Of a DNA stretch of 18,872 bases, positions 1 to 6,449 are shown piece after piece. The notes under the pieces are model-generated. The model saw nothing but the letters and a program-made list of their open reading frames with translations. It ran no database searches and was not told where the DNA came from. Positions within the stretch are counted from its first letter, which is position 1; each line of letters starts with the position of its first letter. Origin of the DNA: a virus (lineage: Duplodnaviria > Heunggongvirae > Uroviricota > Caudoviricetes); IMG/VR virus record IMGVR_UViG_2663763227_000001, positions 1 to 18,872 of that record, one strand, 5' to 3'. The translations under genes were made by a program, and so were the position numbers.

Positions 1-104
1 GGGTTACCCCCAAACGAATCGGAAAATCGATACTGGAAAAACTCTAACTCGGTGGCCAGTTTTTGTTGACCACTTCAGTCAGACGAAGCGCGACTGGCTC
101 TCGA

Positions 105-662
105 ATGGAAAGCGCGATGGGGAGATCGGGCTGCATGACTATCAAATCAAATACGCCAGCACACGACAAGGACTGCTGGCAAACGCCGCTTTGGCTTTTT
201 GATGCACTGGATATTGAGTTTGGATTCTGGCTGGATTCGGCAGCGAGCGACAAAAATGCTCTGTGCGCTCACTGGCTAACTGAGGACGACGACGCGCTCA
301 ATTCTGAGTGGGTAAGCCACGGTGCAATCTGGAATAACCCACCGTACAGCAATATCAGGCCGTGGGTGGAAAAAGCCGCTGAGCAGTGTATACAACAGCG
401 ACAGACGGTAGTGATGCTTGTGCCAGAGGATATGTCTGTCGGATGGTTCAGCAAGGCTCTGGAGAGTATTGACGAAGTTCGCATCATCACTGATGGACGG
501 ATTAATTTTATCGAACCATCGACAGGGCTGGAGAAGAAGGGAAACAGCAAAGGTTTCATGCTGCTGATTTGGCGACCGTTCATCAGTCCTCGACGGATGT
601 TTACTACCGTATCCAAAGCAGCATTGATGGCGATCGGGCAGGGCGTCAGGAGGGCGGCATGA
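105..662 (+). CDS. Phage-type DNA N6-adenine methyltransferase (Dam family); start ambiguous (ATG at 105, 117 or 135)
   Basis: Translation contains the N6-adenine MTase motif IV NPPY (...[11 protein letters not shown]...) and the W-x-TP-x-W-LF N-terminal signature of small phage Dam proteins. Sits in the nin region. The ORF track extends to a TTG at 63; a GGAG lies about 12 nt upstream of ATG 135. Confidence 0.8.
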   Translation: MESAMGRSGCMTIKSNTPAHDKDCWQTPLWLFDALDIEFGFWLDSAASDKNALCAHWLTEDDDALNSEWVSHGAIWNNPPYSNIRPWVEKAAEQCIQQRQTVVMLVPEDMSVGWFSKALESIDEVRIITDGRINFIEPSTGLEKKGNSKGFMLLIWRPFISPRRMFTTVSKAALMAIGQGVRRAA

Positions 663-841
663 GGCGACAGCGACGAAGTATCACCGACATAATCTGCGAA
701 AACTGCAAATACCTTCCAACGAAACGCTCCAGAAATAAACGCAAGCCAATCCCAAAAGAATCTGACGTAAAAACCTTCAACTACACGGCTCACCTGTGGG
801 ATATCCGGTGGCTTAGAGAACGTGCGAGGAAAACAAGGTGA
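659..841 (+). CDS. ninE: NinE-like small basic protein (60 aa)
   Basis: ATG at 659 overlaps the Dam stop (ATGA). Basic 60-aa product [18 protein letters not shown]... matches the size and character of lambda NinE from memory, and the position before ninF fits. Not verified by search. Confidence 0.5.
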   Translation: MRRQRRSITDIICENCKYLPTKRSRNKRKPIPKESDVKTFNYTAHLWDIRWLRERARKTR

Positions 842-1017
842 TTGACCCAAATCGAAGTTACGAACAACAAAGCGTCGAGCGGGCTTTAACGTGCGCTAAC
901 TGCGGTCAGAAGCTGCATGTGCTGGAAGTTCACGTGTGTGAGCGTTGTATATATGAATGCTTAAATATGGTGGAACATAATGAGAAATATAAGCAACATA
1001 GACGAATTAAGAAATAA
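838..1017 (+). CDS. ninF: NinF-like zinc-ribbon protein, 5' portion with altered C-terminus (reading frame runs into the HNH insertion)
   Basis: GTG start at 838 overlaps the ninE stop (GTGA). Translation ...[26 protein letters not shown] carries a CxxC-x17-CxxC zinc ribbon. After codon 948 the sequence turns AT-rich and the frame continues as [22 protein letters not shown] to a stop at 1015-1017. Missed by the ORF track (59 aa). Confidence 0.5.
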   Translation: MIDPNRSYEQQSVERALTCANCGQKLHVLEVHVCERCIYECLNMVEHNEKYKQHRRIKK

Positions 1018-1486
1018 ATTATCATATGATGATGTTTTAGGTGTACTTAGATGGAAAGTGTCTCCTTCTAATAATGTTAAGGTTGGCAGTGTTGCTGGTT
1101 ACATTAGGAGTGATGGTTATAGGATGTTAACTATCGATGGTGTAATTACTTATGCTCACCACGTTATATGGATGATAAATAATGGTGAGATTCCATTAGG
1201 GTATAAAATTGACCATATAAATGGAGTAAGGTCAGATAATAGGCTATCTAATCTTCGATTGGTTACACACCAACAGAATGCACAGAACCAAAAGAGAAAA
1301 ATAACCAATTCGTCAGGAGTGACTGGAGTATATTTCAATAAAGAGAGATGCAAGTGGATTGCGAATATATGCGTAGATGGGCGCACCAAATATCTTGGAA
1401 TATTTGCTAGCATCATTGACGCTATTGCAGAAAGGAAGAGGGCAGAAAAAGAACTGGGTTTTCATGAAAACCATGGCAGACCATAA
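980..1486 (+). CDS. HNH homing endonuclease (HNH_3 catalytic motif plus C-terminal AP2-like DNA-binding domain)
   Basis: Catalytic motif IDHINGVRSDNRLSNLRLVTHQQN; C-terminal SGVTGVYFNKERCKWIANICVDGRTKYLGIF resembles an AP2 domain. The gene is markedly AT-rich against about 50% GC flanks and lies inside the ninF reading frame. Confidence 0.85.
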   Translation: MRNISNIDELRNKLSYDDVLGVLRWKVSPSNNVKVGSVAGYIRSDGYRMLTIDGVITYAHHVIWMINNGEIPLGYKIDHINGVRSDNRLSNLRLVTHQQNAQNQKRKITNSSGVTGVYFNKERCKWIANICVDGRTKYLGIFASIIDAIAERKRAEKELGFHENHGRP

Positions 1487-1487
1487 C

Positions 1488-1547
1488 TGCGCAGAACTGA
1501 TGAGCGATCCGAATAGCTCAATGTACGAGGAAGAAGACGATGAGTGA
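1488..1547 (+). pseudogene. ninF: Displaced 3' remnant of ninF (encodes CAELMSDPNSSMYEEEDDE-stop)
   Basis: Directly after the HNH stop (1484-1486) a short frame reads CAELMSDPNSSMYEEEDDE then TGA. This is the expected continuation of the NinF C-terminus following the zinc ribbon, as recalled for lambda NinF. It has no start codon of its own. Confidence 0.4.
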
Positions 1548-1719
1548 TGTTAAAGAAAAAGATATCCCCGGCTTTGAGGGTATATATAAAGTAACTGAAA
1601 ATGGAGACATCATTTCATGCCGTAAATCAAAAAAATTATCTCATGGCATTAAACCAGGAGGATATGCATTTGTCGGTCTGTATCCAGGTGGCGGGAAAAG
1701 GGAGGGGATTGATGTTTAG
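1540..1719 (+). pseudogene. NUMOD4-like N-terminal domain only (59 aa); probable truncated remnant of a second homing endonuclease
   Basis: MSDVKEKDIPGFEGIYKVTENGDIISCRKSKKLSHGIKPGGYAFVGLYPGGGKREGIDV parallels the N-terminus of the 14449 HNH gene ([12 protein letters not shown]...GGYLFVGL) but stops before any catalytic motif. AT-rich. ATG overlaps the ninF-remnant stop. Confidence 0.35.
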
Positions 1720-1987
1720 AAGCAAAAAATGGCTTCAGGCAGTCAGGGATATTGAATTTTGCGTTCTTTGCGGAAGATACGGAGTTCAGGCCGCTCACAG
1801 AAATGAAGGGAAGGGGGTTGGGATTAAAGTAGATGATTGCCTTACTGCTGCGCTATGTGTTGATTGTCATTCAAGAATTGATAATGGAAGAGATATGAGC
1901 AGGGAAGAGCGAAGGGCTGAAATGGATCGGGCCATTGTGCTTACCCTTAAAAAATTGGTTAACAATGGGAGGGTGTTTGTCCAATGA
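1712..1987 (+). CDS. YbcO/DUF1364-like putative nuclease (His-Me finger type), 91 aa
   Basis: Motif FCVLCG...AAH...LCVDCHSRIDNG (CxxC...AH...CxxCH..ID) as in the E. coli DLP12 YbcO family. Strong SD GGGAGGGG 3-6 nt upstream of ATG 1712. Sits directly before rusA as in DLP12-type nin regions. The ORF-track start at 1601 is probably an upstream extension. Confidence 0.7.
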   Translation: MFRSKKWLQAVRDIEFCVLCGRYGVQAAHRNEGKGVGIKVDDCLTAALCVDCHSRIDNGRDMSREERRAEMDRAIVLTLKKLVNNGRVFVQ

Positions 1988-2346
1988 ACGAATATCAGTT
2001 TGTGCTTCCATACCCGCCGTCGCTGAATACCTACTGGCGAAGAAGGGGAAGCCAATACTACATCAGCGATAAAGGCCAGAAATACCGAAAAGATGTACAG
2101 CAAATAATCCGCCAACTCAAGTTAGACATTTTCACCAAATCACGACTCCGCATCAAAGTCATCGCAGACGTTCCAGACTCCCGCCGCCGCGACCTCGATA
2201 ACATCCTGAAAGGTTTACTCGACTCGCTTATCCACGCCGGATTTGCGGAAGACGACGAGCAATTCGATGACATTCGCGTAATTCGTGGTGTGAAAGTACC
2301 AGGCGGAAGGCTTGGAATAAAAATCACCGAACTGGAGAACGTATGA
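1984..2346 (+). CDS. rusA: Holliday junction resolvase RusA
   Basis: 120 aa; MNEYQFVLPYPPSLNTYWRR...DSRRRDLDNILKGLLDSLIHAGF...GGRLGIKITELE aligns along its length with E. coli RusA (same length, conserved RRRDLDN and GGRL). Start overlaps the previous stop (ATGA). Confidence 0.9.
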   Translation: MNEYQFVLPYPPSLNTYWRRRGSQYYISDKGQKYRKDVQQIIRQLKLDIFTKSRLRIKVIADVPDSRRRDLDNILKGLLDSLIHAGFAEDDEQFDDIRVIRGVKVPGGRLGIKITELENV

Positions 2347-2486
2347 ACAAAGCATTCGAACGATATATGCGCCAGCGTTATGGCAATCGCTATGACCTGA
2401 CGCGAGATGTTGAAGGATTCTACTGTCGTGAAATTGTGAAACGAATGTTTGAAGTTTGGTGTCATTGCAAAGGATGGGAGGTCTGA
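2343..2486 (+). CDS. Small YlcG-like protein (47 aa) between rusA and Q
   Basis: ATG 2343 overlaps the rusA stop (ATGA); its stop TGA 2484-2486 overlaps the next ATG (TGATG). A small ORF occupies this position in DLP12 (ylcG). Below the ORF-track length cutoff. Confidence 0.45.
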   Translation: MNKAFERYMRQRYGNRYDLTRDVEGFYCREIVKRMFEVWCHCKGWEV

Positions 2487-3100
2487 TGCGGTTAACTCCA
2501 GTATACAGCATGGTTAACTTCATTAATGACGCGCACTTTCGCCGCGTATGGAGACATCCGAAGAAAACCATCAACTCTAGCCAGAAAGCATGGGTTCATT
2601 ACATGTTACAGGTATGGGGCAAGGTTAACGCCGGAGATTGCTCTCCTGGTGGTGCAATTAACGTTATCGGTCGCCTGATGATTCGCAGTCAGTGGAGCGA
2701 TGACAAGGCTAAGCAGATAGAGTCTGTCGTCATGCGCCTGTACGAAGAAGATGGGCTGCGCGGAGATGAGCTATACAAGAAAGCTCGCGAACTGGTCATT
2801 CCTCAATCATCGTTTAGCCACATCATCACTCTCGCCAAAGAATCAGATGATGCGGCTTTCGTTGAACGTGTGATGGTCAAGACTTTTCACCGTGAAAGCC
2901 CCGTCCGCGATGTAGCTATTAAGCGATATTGCAATCGCAATTGCACGCAAGATATAGCCAGGATGATTTCTTATATAACAGGTGCTGATATTCAGTATTG
3001 TCGTAAGCGAGTGGTGTGGTGTGAGAAAGTGCTGGAGTCAGAAATGTTTTATGCAATGAAACGAGAATTGGAGAAAGAATTTCCATTAATAGCGGCCTGA
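2486..3100 (+). CDS. Putative late-gene antiterminator Q (not the lambda Q type)
   Basis: Positional call: last gene of the nin block, directly upstream of the late leader and lysis cassette. SD GGGAGG 4 nt upstream of ATG 2486. Cys cluster CNRNC...C-x6-C near the C-terminus; N-terminal region loosely resembles 82/933W-type Q proteins. No similarity to lambda Q as remembered. The ORF-track start at 2456 is a TTG extension. Confidence 0.55.
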   Translation: MRLTPVYSMVNFINDAHFRRVWRHPKKTINSSQKAWVHYMLQVWGKVNAGDCSPGGAINVIGRLMIRSQWSDDKAKQIESVVMRLYEEDGLRGDELYKKARELVIPQSSFSHIITLAKESDDAAFVERVMVKTFHRESPVRDVAIKRYCNRNCTQDIARMISYITGADIQYCRKRVVWCEKVLESEMFYAMKRELEKEFPLIAA

Positions 3101-3123
3101 ACTGAAATAATTTTGTAAATGCG

Positions 3124-3152
3124 TTGCTTCCGAGAAATGAAAGTGGTATTTT
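3124..3152 (+). promoter_or_regulatory. Candidate late promoter (PR'-like): TTGCTT -35, 17-nt spacer, TG-extended -10 TATTTT
   Basis: TTGCTT at 3124-3129, TGg at 3144-3146, TATTTT at 3147-3152. Lies between the Q stop and the terminator at 3259-3290, which would give a transcript of about 130 nt. Weak consensus match; placement is by analogy with lambda PR'/tR'. Confidence 0.3.
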
Positions 3153-3258
3153 TCGTATATGCTCGGAGCAAAAGCGAACTGAGCAGCGAAATTGAAATCC
3201 TGATTTCCCCGGTTGTCGATAATATTTAGGGTCGACATACTGGCTAGATTAGGTAAGA

Positions 3259-3290
3259 GCCTCGGCATAAACGTCGGGGCTTTTTTGTTT
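3259..3290 (+). terminator. Intrinsic terminator, tR'-like (end of short late leader RNA)
   Basis: Hairpin GCCTCGGC / ATAAAC loop / GTCGGGGC (8 bp including two G-U pairs) followed by TTTTTTGTTT. The sequence just downstream (GCACAACAGGTAAGAGCATTGA) resembles the lambda region downstream of tR', from memory. Confidence 0.6.
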
Positions 3291-3718
3291 GCACAACAGG
3301 TAAGAGCATTGAACCCGCAGACCTCGCGGAATTGGCGAAAGGTGCCGCGCAGTGCTCTTATCGTTGTGGTGAAGCTCAATGGCGAGCTAGCAGATAGGCG
3401 ATAGTGAAAATACTAGTCATGTAGCTGACCGCCGCGCGTACTGCAATCGGCAGCGCACCGATGGAAGCCGGTTCGATTCCGGCTGCCACAACCCAAACTG
3501 AGCCGTAGCCACTGGCTATCCTAGATTCATCAGTGATAGTTATGCTGCGGCCTTCTACACATGACCTTCGTGAAAGCGGTGGCAAGAGGTTGCGCTAACA
3601 ACCTCCTGCCATTTTGCCCGTGCATATCGGTCACGAACAAATCTGATTACTAAACACAGTAGCCTGGATTTGTTCTATCAGTAATCGACCTTATTCCTAA
3701 TTAAATAGAGCAAATCCC

Positions 3719-3744
3719 CTTACTGGGGGTAAGACATGAAGATG
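3719..3744 (+). promoter_or_regulatory. S-gene translational control element: sdi-like hairpin over the SD plus dual-start motif ATG-AAG-ATG
   Basis: CTTAC (3719-3723) / TGGGG loop / GTAAG (3729-3733) immediately upstream of ATG 3736 and ATG 3742. This is the lambda S107/S105 antiholin/holin dual-start arrangement. Confidence 0.6.
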
Positions 3745-4059
3745 CCAGAAAAACATGACCTGTTAGCCGCCATTCTCGCGGCAAAGGAACAAGGCATCGG
3801 GGCAATCCTTGCGTTTGCAATGGCGTACCTTCGCGGCAGATATAATGGCGGTGCGTTTACAAAAACAGTAATCGACGCAACGATGTGCGCCATTATCGCC
3901 TGGTTCATTCGTGACCTTCTCGACTTCGCCGGACTAAGTAGCAATCTCGCTTATATAACGAGCGTGTTTATCGGCTACATCGGTACTGACTCGATTGGTT
4001 CGCTTATCAAACGCTTCGCTGCTAAAAAATCCGGAGTAGAAGATGGTGGAAATCAATAA
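3736..4059 (+). CDS. S: Holin S (lambda class I holin; S107 from ATG 3736, S105 from ATG 3742)
   Basis: 107-aa translation [45 protein letters not shown]... is nearly identical to lambda S as remembered. Confidence 0.95.
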   Translation: MKMPEKHDLLAAILAAKEQGIGAILAFAMAYLRGRYNGGAFTKTVIDATMCAIIAWFIRDLLDFAGLSSNLAYITSVFIGYIGTDSIGSLIKRFAAKKSGVEDGGNQ

Positions 4060-4519
4060 TCAACGTAAGGCGTTCCTCGATATGCTGGCGTGGTCAGAGG
4101 GAACAGATAACGGACGACAGAAAACCAGAAATCACGGTTATGACGTCATTGTTGGCGGAGAGCTATTCACTGATTACTCCGATCACCCTCGCAAACTTGT
4201 CACGCTAAACCCCAAACTCAAATCAACAGCAGCCGGACGTTACCAGCTTCTTTCCCGTTGGTGGGATGCTTACCGTAAGCAGCTTGGCCTGAAAGACTTC
4301 TCTCCCAAAAGCCAGGACGCTGTTGCGCTGCAGCAGATTAAGGAGCGTGGCGCTTTACCGATGATTGATCGCGGTGATATTCGTCAGGCAATCGACCGTT
4401 GCAGCAATATCTGGGCTTCACTGCCGGGTGCTGGTTATGGTCAGTTCGAGCATAAGGCTGACAGCCTGATTGCAAAATTCAAAGAAGCTGGCGGAACGGT
4501 CAGAGAGATTGAGGTATGA
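4043..4519 (+). CDS. R: Endolysin R (lambda-type lytic transglycosylase)
   Basis: 158 aa; [51 protein letters not shown]... is nearly identical to lambda R. Start overlaps the end of S. Confidence 0.95.
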   Translation: MVEINNQRKAFLDMLAWSEGTDNGRQKTRNHGYDVIVGGELFTDYSDHPRKLVTLNPKLKSTAAGRYQLLSRWWDAYRKQLGLKDFSPKSQDAVALQQIKERGALPMIDRGDIRQAIDRCSNIWASLPGAGYGQFEHKADSLIAKFKEAGGTVREIEV

Positions 4520-4974
4520 GCAGAGTAACCGCGATTATCTCCGCTCTGGCTATCTGCATCATCGTTTGCCTGTCATGGGCTGTTAATCATTACCGTGATA
4601 ACGCCACCGCCTACAAAGAGCAGCGCGATAACAAGGCCAGTGAACTGGAGAAGGCGAACGCCACCATCGCTGACATGCGGAAGCGTCAACGTGATGTAGC
4701 AGAACTCGACGCAAGATACACAAAGGAGCTTGCTGATGCTAACGCGACTATCGAAAGTCTCCGTGCTGATGTTTCTGCTGGGCGTAAGCGCCTGCAAGTC
4801 GCCGCCACCTGTGCAAAGTCAACGACCGGAGCCAGCGGCATGGGCGATGGAGAAAGCCCAGGACTTACAGCAGATGCTGAACTCAATTATTACCGTCTCC
4901 GAAGTGGAATCGACAAGATAACCGCGCAGGTTAACTACCTGCAGGAATACATCAGGACGCAATGCCTGAAATGA
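4516..4974 (+). CDS. Rz: Spanin inner-membrane subunit Rz (i-spanin)
   Basis: N-terminal TM segment [30 protein letters not shown] matches lambda Rz, followed by a coiled-coil periplasmic domain; the C-terminal half diverges from lambda. Start overlaps the R stop (ATGA). Confidence 0.9.
   Translation: MSRVTAIISALAICIIVCLSWAVNHYRDNATAYKEQRDNKASELEKANATIADMRKRQRDVAELDARYTKELADANATIESLRADVSAGRKRLQVAATCAKSTTGASGMGDGESPGLTADAELNYYRLRSGIDKITAQVNYLQEYIRTQCLK
4736..4921 (+). CDS. Rz1: Spanin outer-membrane lipoprotein Rz1 (o-spanin), embedded in the +1 frame of Rz
   Basis: ORF lies wholly inside Rz in another frame. Signal peptide [20 protein letters not shown] with lipobox-like VSAC, then a proline-rich mature part [22 protein letters not shown] 7 nt upstream of ATG 4736; the ORF-track start at 4730 is TTG. 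Confidence 0.75.
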   Translation: MLTRLSKVSVLMFLLGVSACKSPPPVQSQRPEPAAWAMEKAQDLQQMLNSIITVSEVESTR

Positions 4975-5009
4975 TCGGGCGATGAAAACCAAAAAAACAG
5001 GAGCAATAC

Positions 5010-5285
5010 ATGACTAAGTTTTATCACCGCATCTCAACTTTTCTCTCTGGTTGCTGGGTGTTTATCACGTCTATTTCGTTCGCCATCTTTAGTTTCGGTA
5101 GCACAGCGTGCTCGCTTAGTCGGGGTCTGTGGCGTGCTATTTCAGCACTAGCGCCGAAATTTTTACCTGAAAAGGCTGTTTGGCGAATTGTAGAGCGAAT
5201 GTGTAGTGAGAGCGTTCGCGAGAAGATTAACGTATTTGGACGTTATCCTCGAAATACAGGCGCATTGTGCAGTCCGTTACTGTAG
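5010..5285 (+). CDS. Hypothetical small membrane protein (91 aa)
   Basis: AGGAG 8 nt upstream of ATG 5010. One predicted hydrophobic segment (FLSGCWVFITSISFAIFSF). No recognised homolog; sits between the lysis cassette and packaging genes, a typical cargo position. Confidence 0.35.
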   Translation: MTKFYHRISTFLSGCWVFITSISFAIFSFGSTACSLSRGLWRAISALAPKFLPEKAVWRIVERMCSESVREKINVFGRYPRNTGALCSPLL

Positions 5286-5579
5286 TCATCACAAAGCCTA
5301 TCTACGGGTGGGCTTGATAATGAAACCGGAATTTATTCTGGGCAACCAGTTACGGCAGTACAGCGAAACAACCCAAGCCAGTAAGTGGGGAAATAACACT
5401 GGCAGCCACTGAAAGATGAACCTCCAGCCTTATGGCAAAAAAGATTCTTTGTGGTGGCGGACTGATGGAAAGACATCGGTTATTGCAGAGACCATTCAAT
5501 GAGTGGTCTCGACAATGGCTTATACCCTACACGGGATAACTTAACTGATATCCCTTTTAACGGATAAACGGAGCCAACA

Positions 5580-5822
5580 ATGGCAGAGATTATTCCCATG
5601 ACTGAAGAACAGAAATTCCAGTTAGAGATTTACAAACTGGTCATGAACCAGAACGCAGCCGCAGAAGAAGCATTTCAATTCATTGGCACTGACGAGCTGA
5701 AGCTTGAGCTATTCAAAATTCACTTCCAGTCAGGCGGCGCTAATTCAGATATCACGATCCGCACACTTGAAGCGGTGCGTAAATCTAAGGAAGCGTTAGA
5801 CCTGTTCACTACCGGAACATGA
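5580..5822 (+). CDS. Hypothetical protein (80 aa)
   Basis: SD ACGGAG 8 nt upstream of ATG 5580, preceded by a hairpin plus T-tract at 5533-5558. Acidic, helical-looking product; no recognised family. Confidence 0.5.
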   Translation: MAEIIPMTEEQKFQLEIYKLVMNQNAAAEEAFQFIGTDELKLELFKIHFQSGGANSDITIRTLEAVRKSKEALDLFTTGT

Positions 5823-5823
5823 T

Positions 5824-6003
5824 GTGAGCCGCGTAATCAATTTGGGTAAGGAGAAGAAATTCCCAATTACTCAAGAGCTATACGAGCGGCTTGAAAGCGT
5901 CATCCATGATTACGATGGTGAAATAAGTTTATGCGAGGCGATTGGCACACTCGAATTGCTGAAGCAGTCACTGATTGAAGGCGCGAAAGAGTCCTCAACC
6001 TGA
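5824..6003 (+). CDS. Hypothetical small protein (59 aa; GTG start uncertain)
   Basis: Open frame from GTG 5824 (just after the previous stop) to TGA 6001-6003, ending 23 nt before terS. No strong SD for the GTG. Below the ORF-track cutoff. Confidence 0.25.
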   Translation: MSRVINLGKEKKFPITQELYERLESVIHDYDGEISLCEAIGTLELLKQSLIEGAKESST

Positions 6004-6026
6004 AATGACAATTAAGTGAGATAAAT

Positions 6027-6449
6027 ATGGCGACTGAACCAAAAGCTGGTCGCCCCTCTGATTATATGCCGGAGGTGGCTGACGATATCTGCTCGTTGCT
6101 TTCTTCTGGCGAAAGTTTGCTGAAAGTATGTAAGCGTCCTGGTATGCCGGATAAGTCCACTGTTTTCCGCTGGTTGGCAAAGCATGAGGATTTTCGCGAC
6201 AAGTACGCGAAGGCAACTGAGGCGCGAGCTGATTCTATTTTCGAAGAGATATTCGAAATTGCTGACACTGCGATTCCAGATGCTGCTGAGGTGGCAAAGG
6301 CAAGACTTCGCGTTGATACCCGCAAATGGGCGCTGGCCCGAATGAATCCCCGTAAGTATGGCGACAAGGTAACTAACGAGCTTGTCGGCAAAGACGGCGG
6401 CGCAATCCAGATTGAAACATCACCGATGAGCACTCTATTCGTAAAATGA
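6027..6449 (+). CDS. terS: Terminase small subunit (Sf6 gp1-like TerS, 140 aa)
   Basis: MATEPKAGRPSDYMPEVADDICSLLSSGESLLKVCKRPGMPDKSTVFRWL... matches the Sf6-type small terminase from memory (same length, N-terminal HTH-like DNA-binding region). Directly upstream of terL. Confidence 0.9.
   Translation: MATEPKAGRPSDYMPEVADDICSLLSSGESLLKVCKRPGMPDKSTVFRWLAKHEDFRDKYAKATEARADSIFEEIFEIADTAIPDAAEVAKARLRVDTRKWALARMNPRKYGDKVTNELVGKDGGAIQIETSPMSTLFVK

Noticed and set aside
1-202. Partial upstream gene running off the left edge (frame 2 open to about 202, or frame 1 ending at 69)
   Set aside because: No start codon is in the window and neither peptide is recognisable, so I cannot tell which frame is real. 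A gene probably ends here but it is not annotated.
949-1487. Self-splicing group I intron carrying the HNH endonuclease within ninF
   Set aside because: The endonuclease ORF fills 507 of the 539 inserted nt, leaving 31 nt 5' and 1 nt 3'. That is too little for a ribozyme core unless it overlaps the ORF, and I cannot see P1-P9-like pairings by eye. Kept only as something to test.
1601-1711. N-terminal extension of the DUF1364 ORF (ORF-track start at 1601, 128 aa)
   Set aside because: The extension overlaps the NUMOD4 fragment in another frame and has no SD, whereas ATG 1712 has a strong GGGAGGGG SD and gives the family-typical ~91-aa length.
2456-2485. TTG start at 2456 (or ATG 2474) for the Q candidate
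   Set aside because: These overlap the ylcG-like ORF. ATG 2486 has a well-spaced GGGAGG SD and overlaps the upstream stop as TGATG.
3363-3495. A complete tRNA gene downstream of Q
   Set aside because: Only the T-arm and a possible anticodon-arm hairpin are present. No acceptor stem complementary to the 3' TGCCACA and no D-arm at the right spacing, and the loop lacks U33. Reported as a tRNA-like remnant, not a gene.
5206-5412. 68-aa ORF overlapping the 3' end of the 5010 ORF
   Set aside because: Overlaps a better-supported ORF that has a strong SD, and has no RBS of its own. Likely a frame artefact.
6027-6449. Explicit pac site annotation
   Set aside because: In P22-like phages pac lies within the small terminase gene, but I cannot identify a specific pac sequence by inspection.
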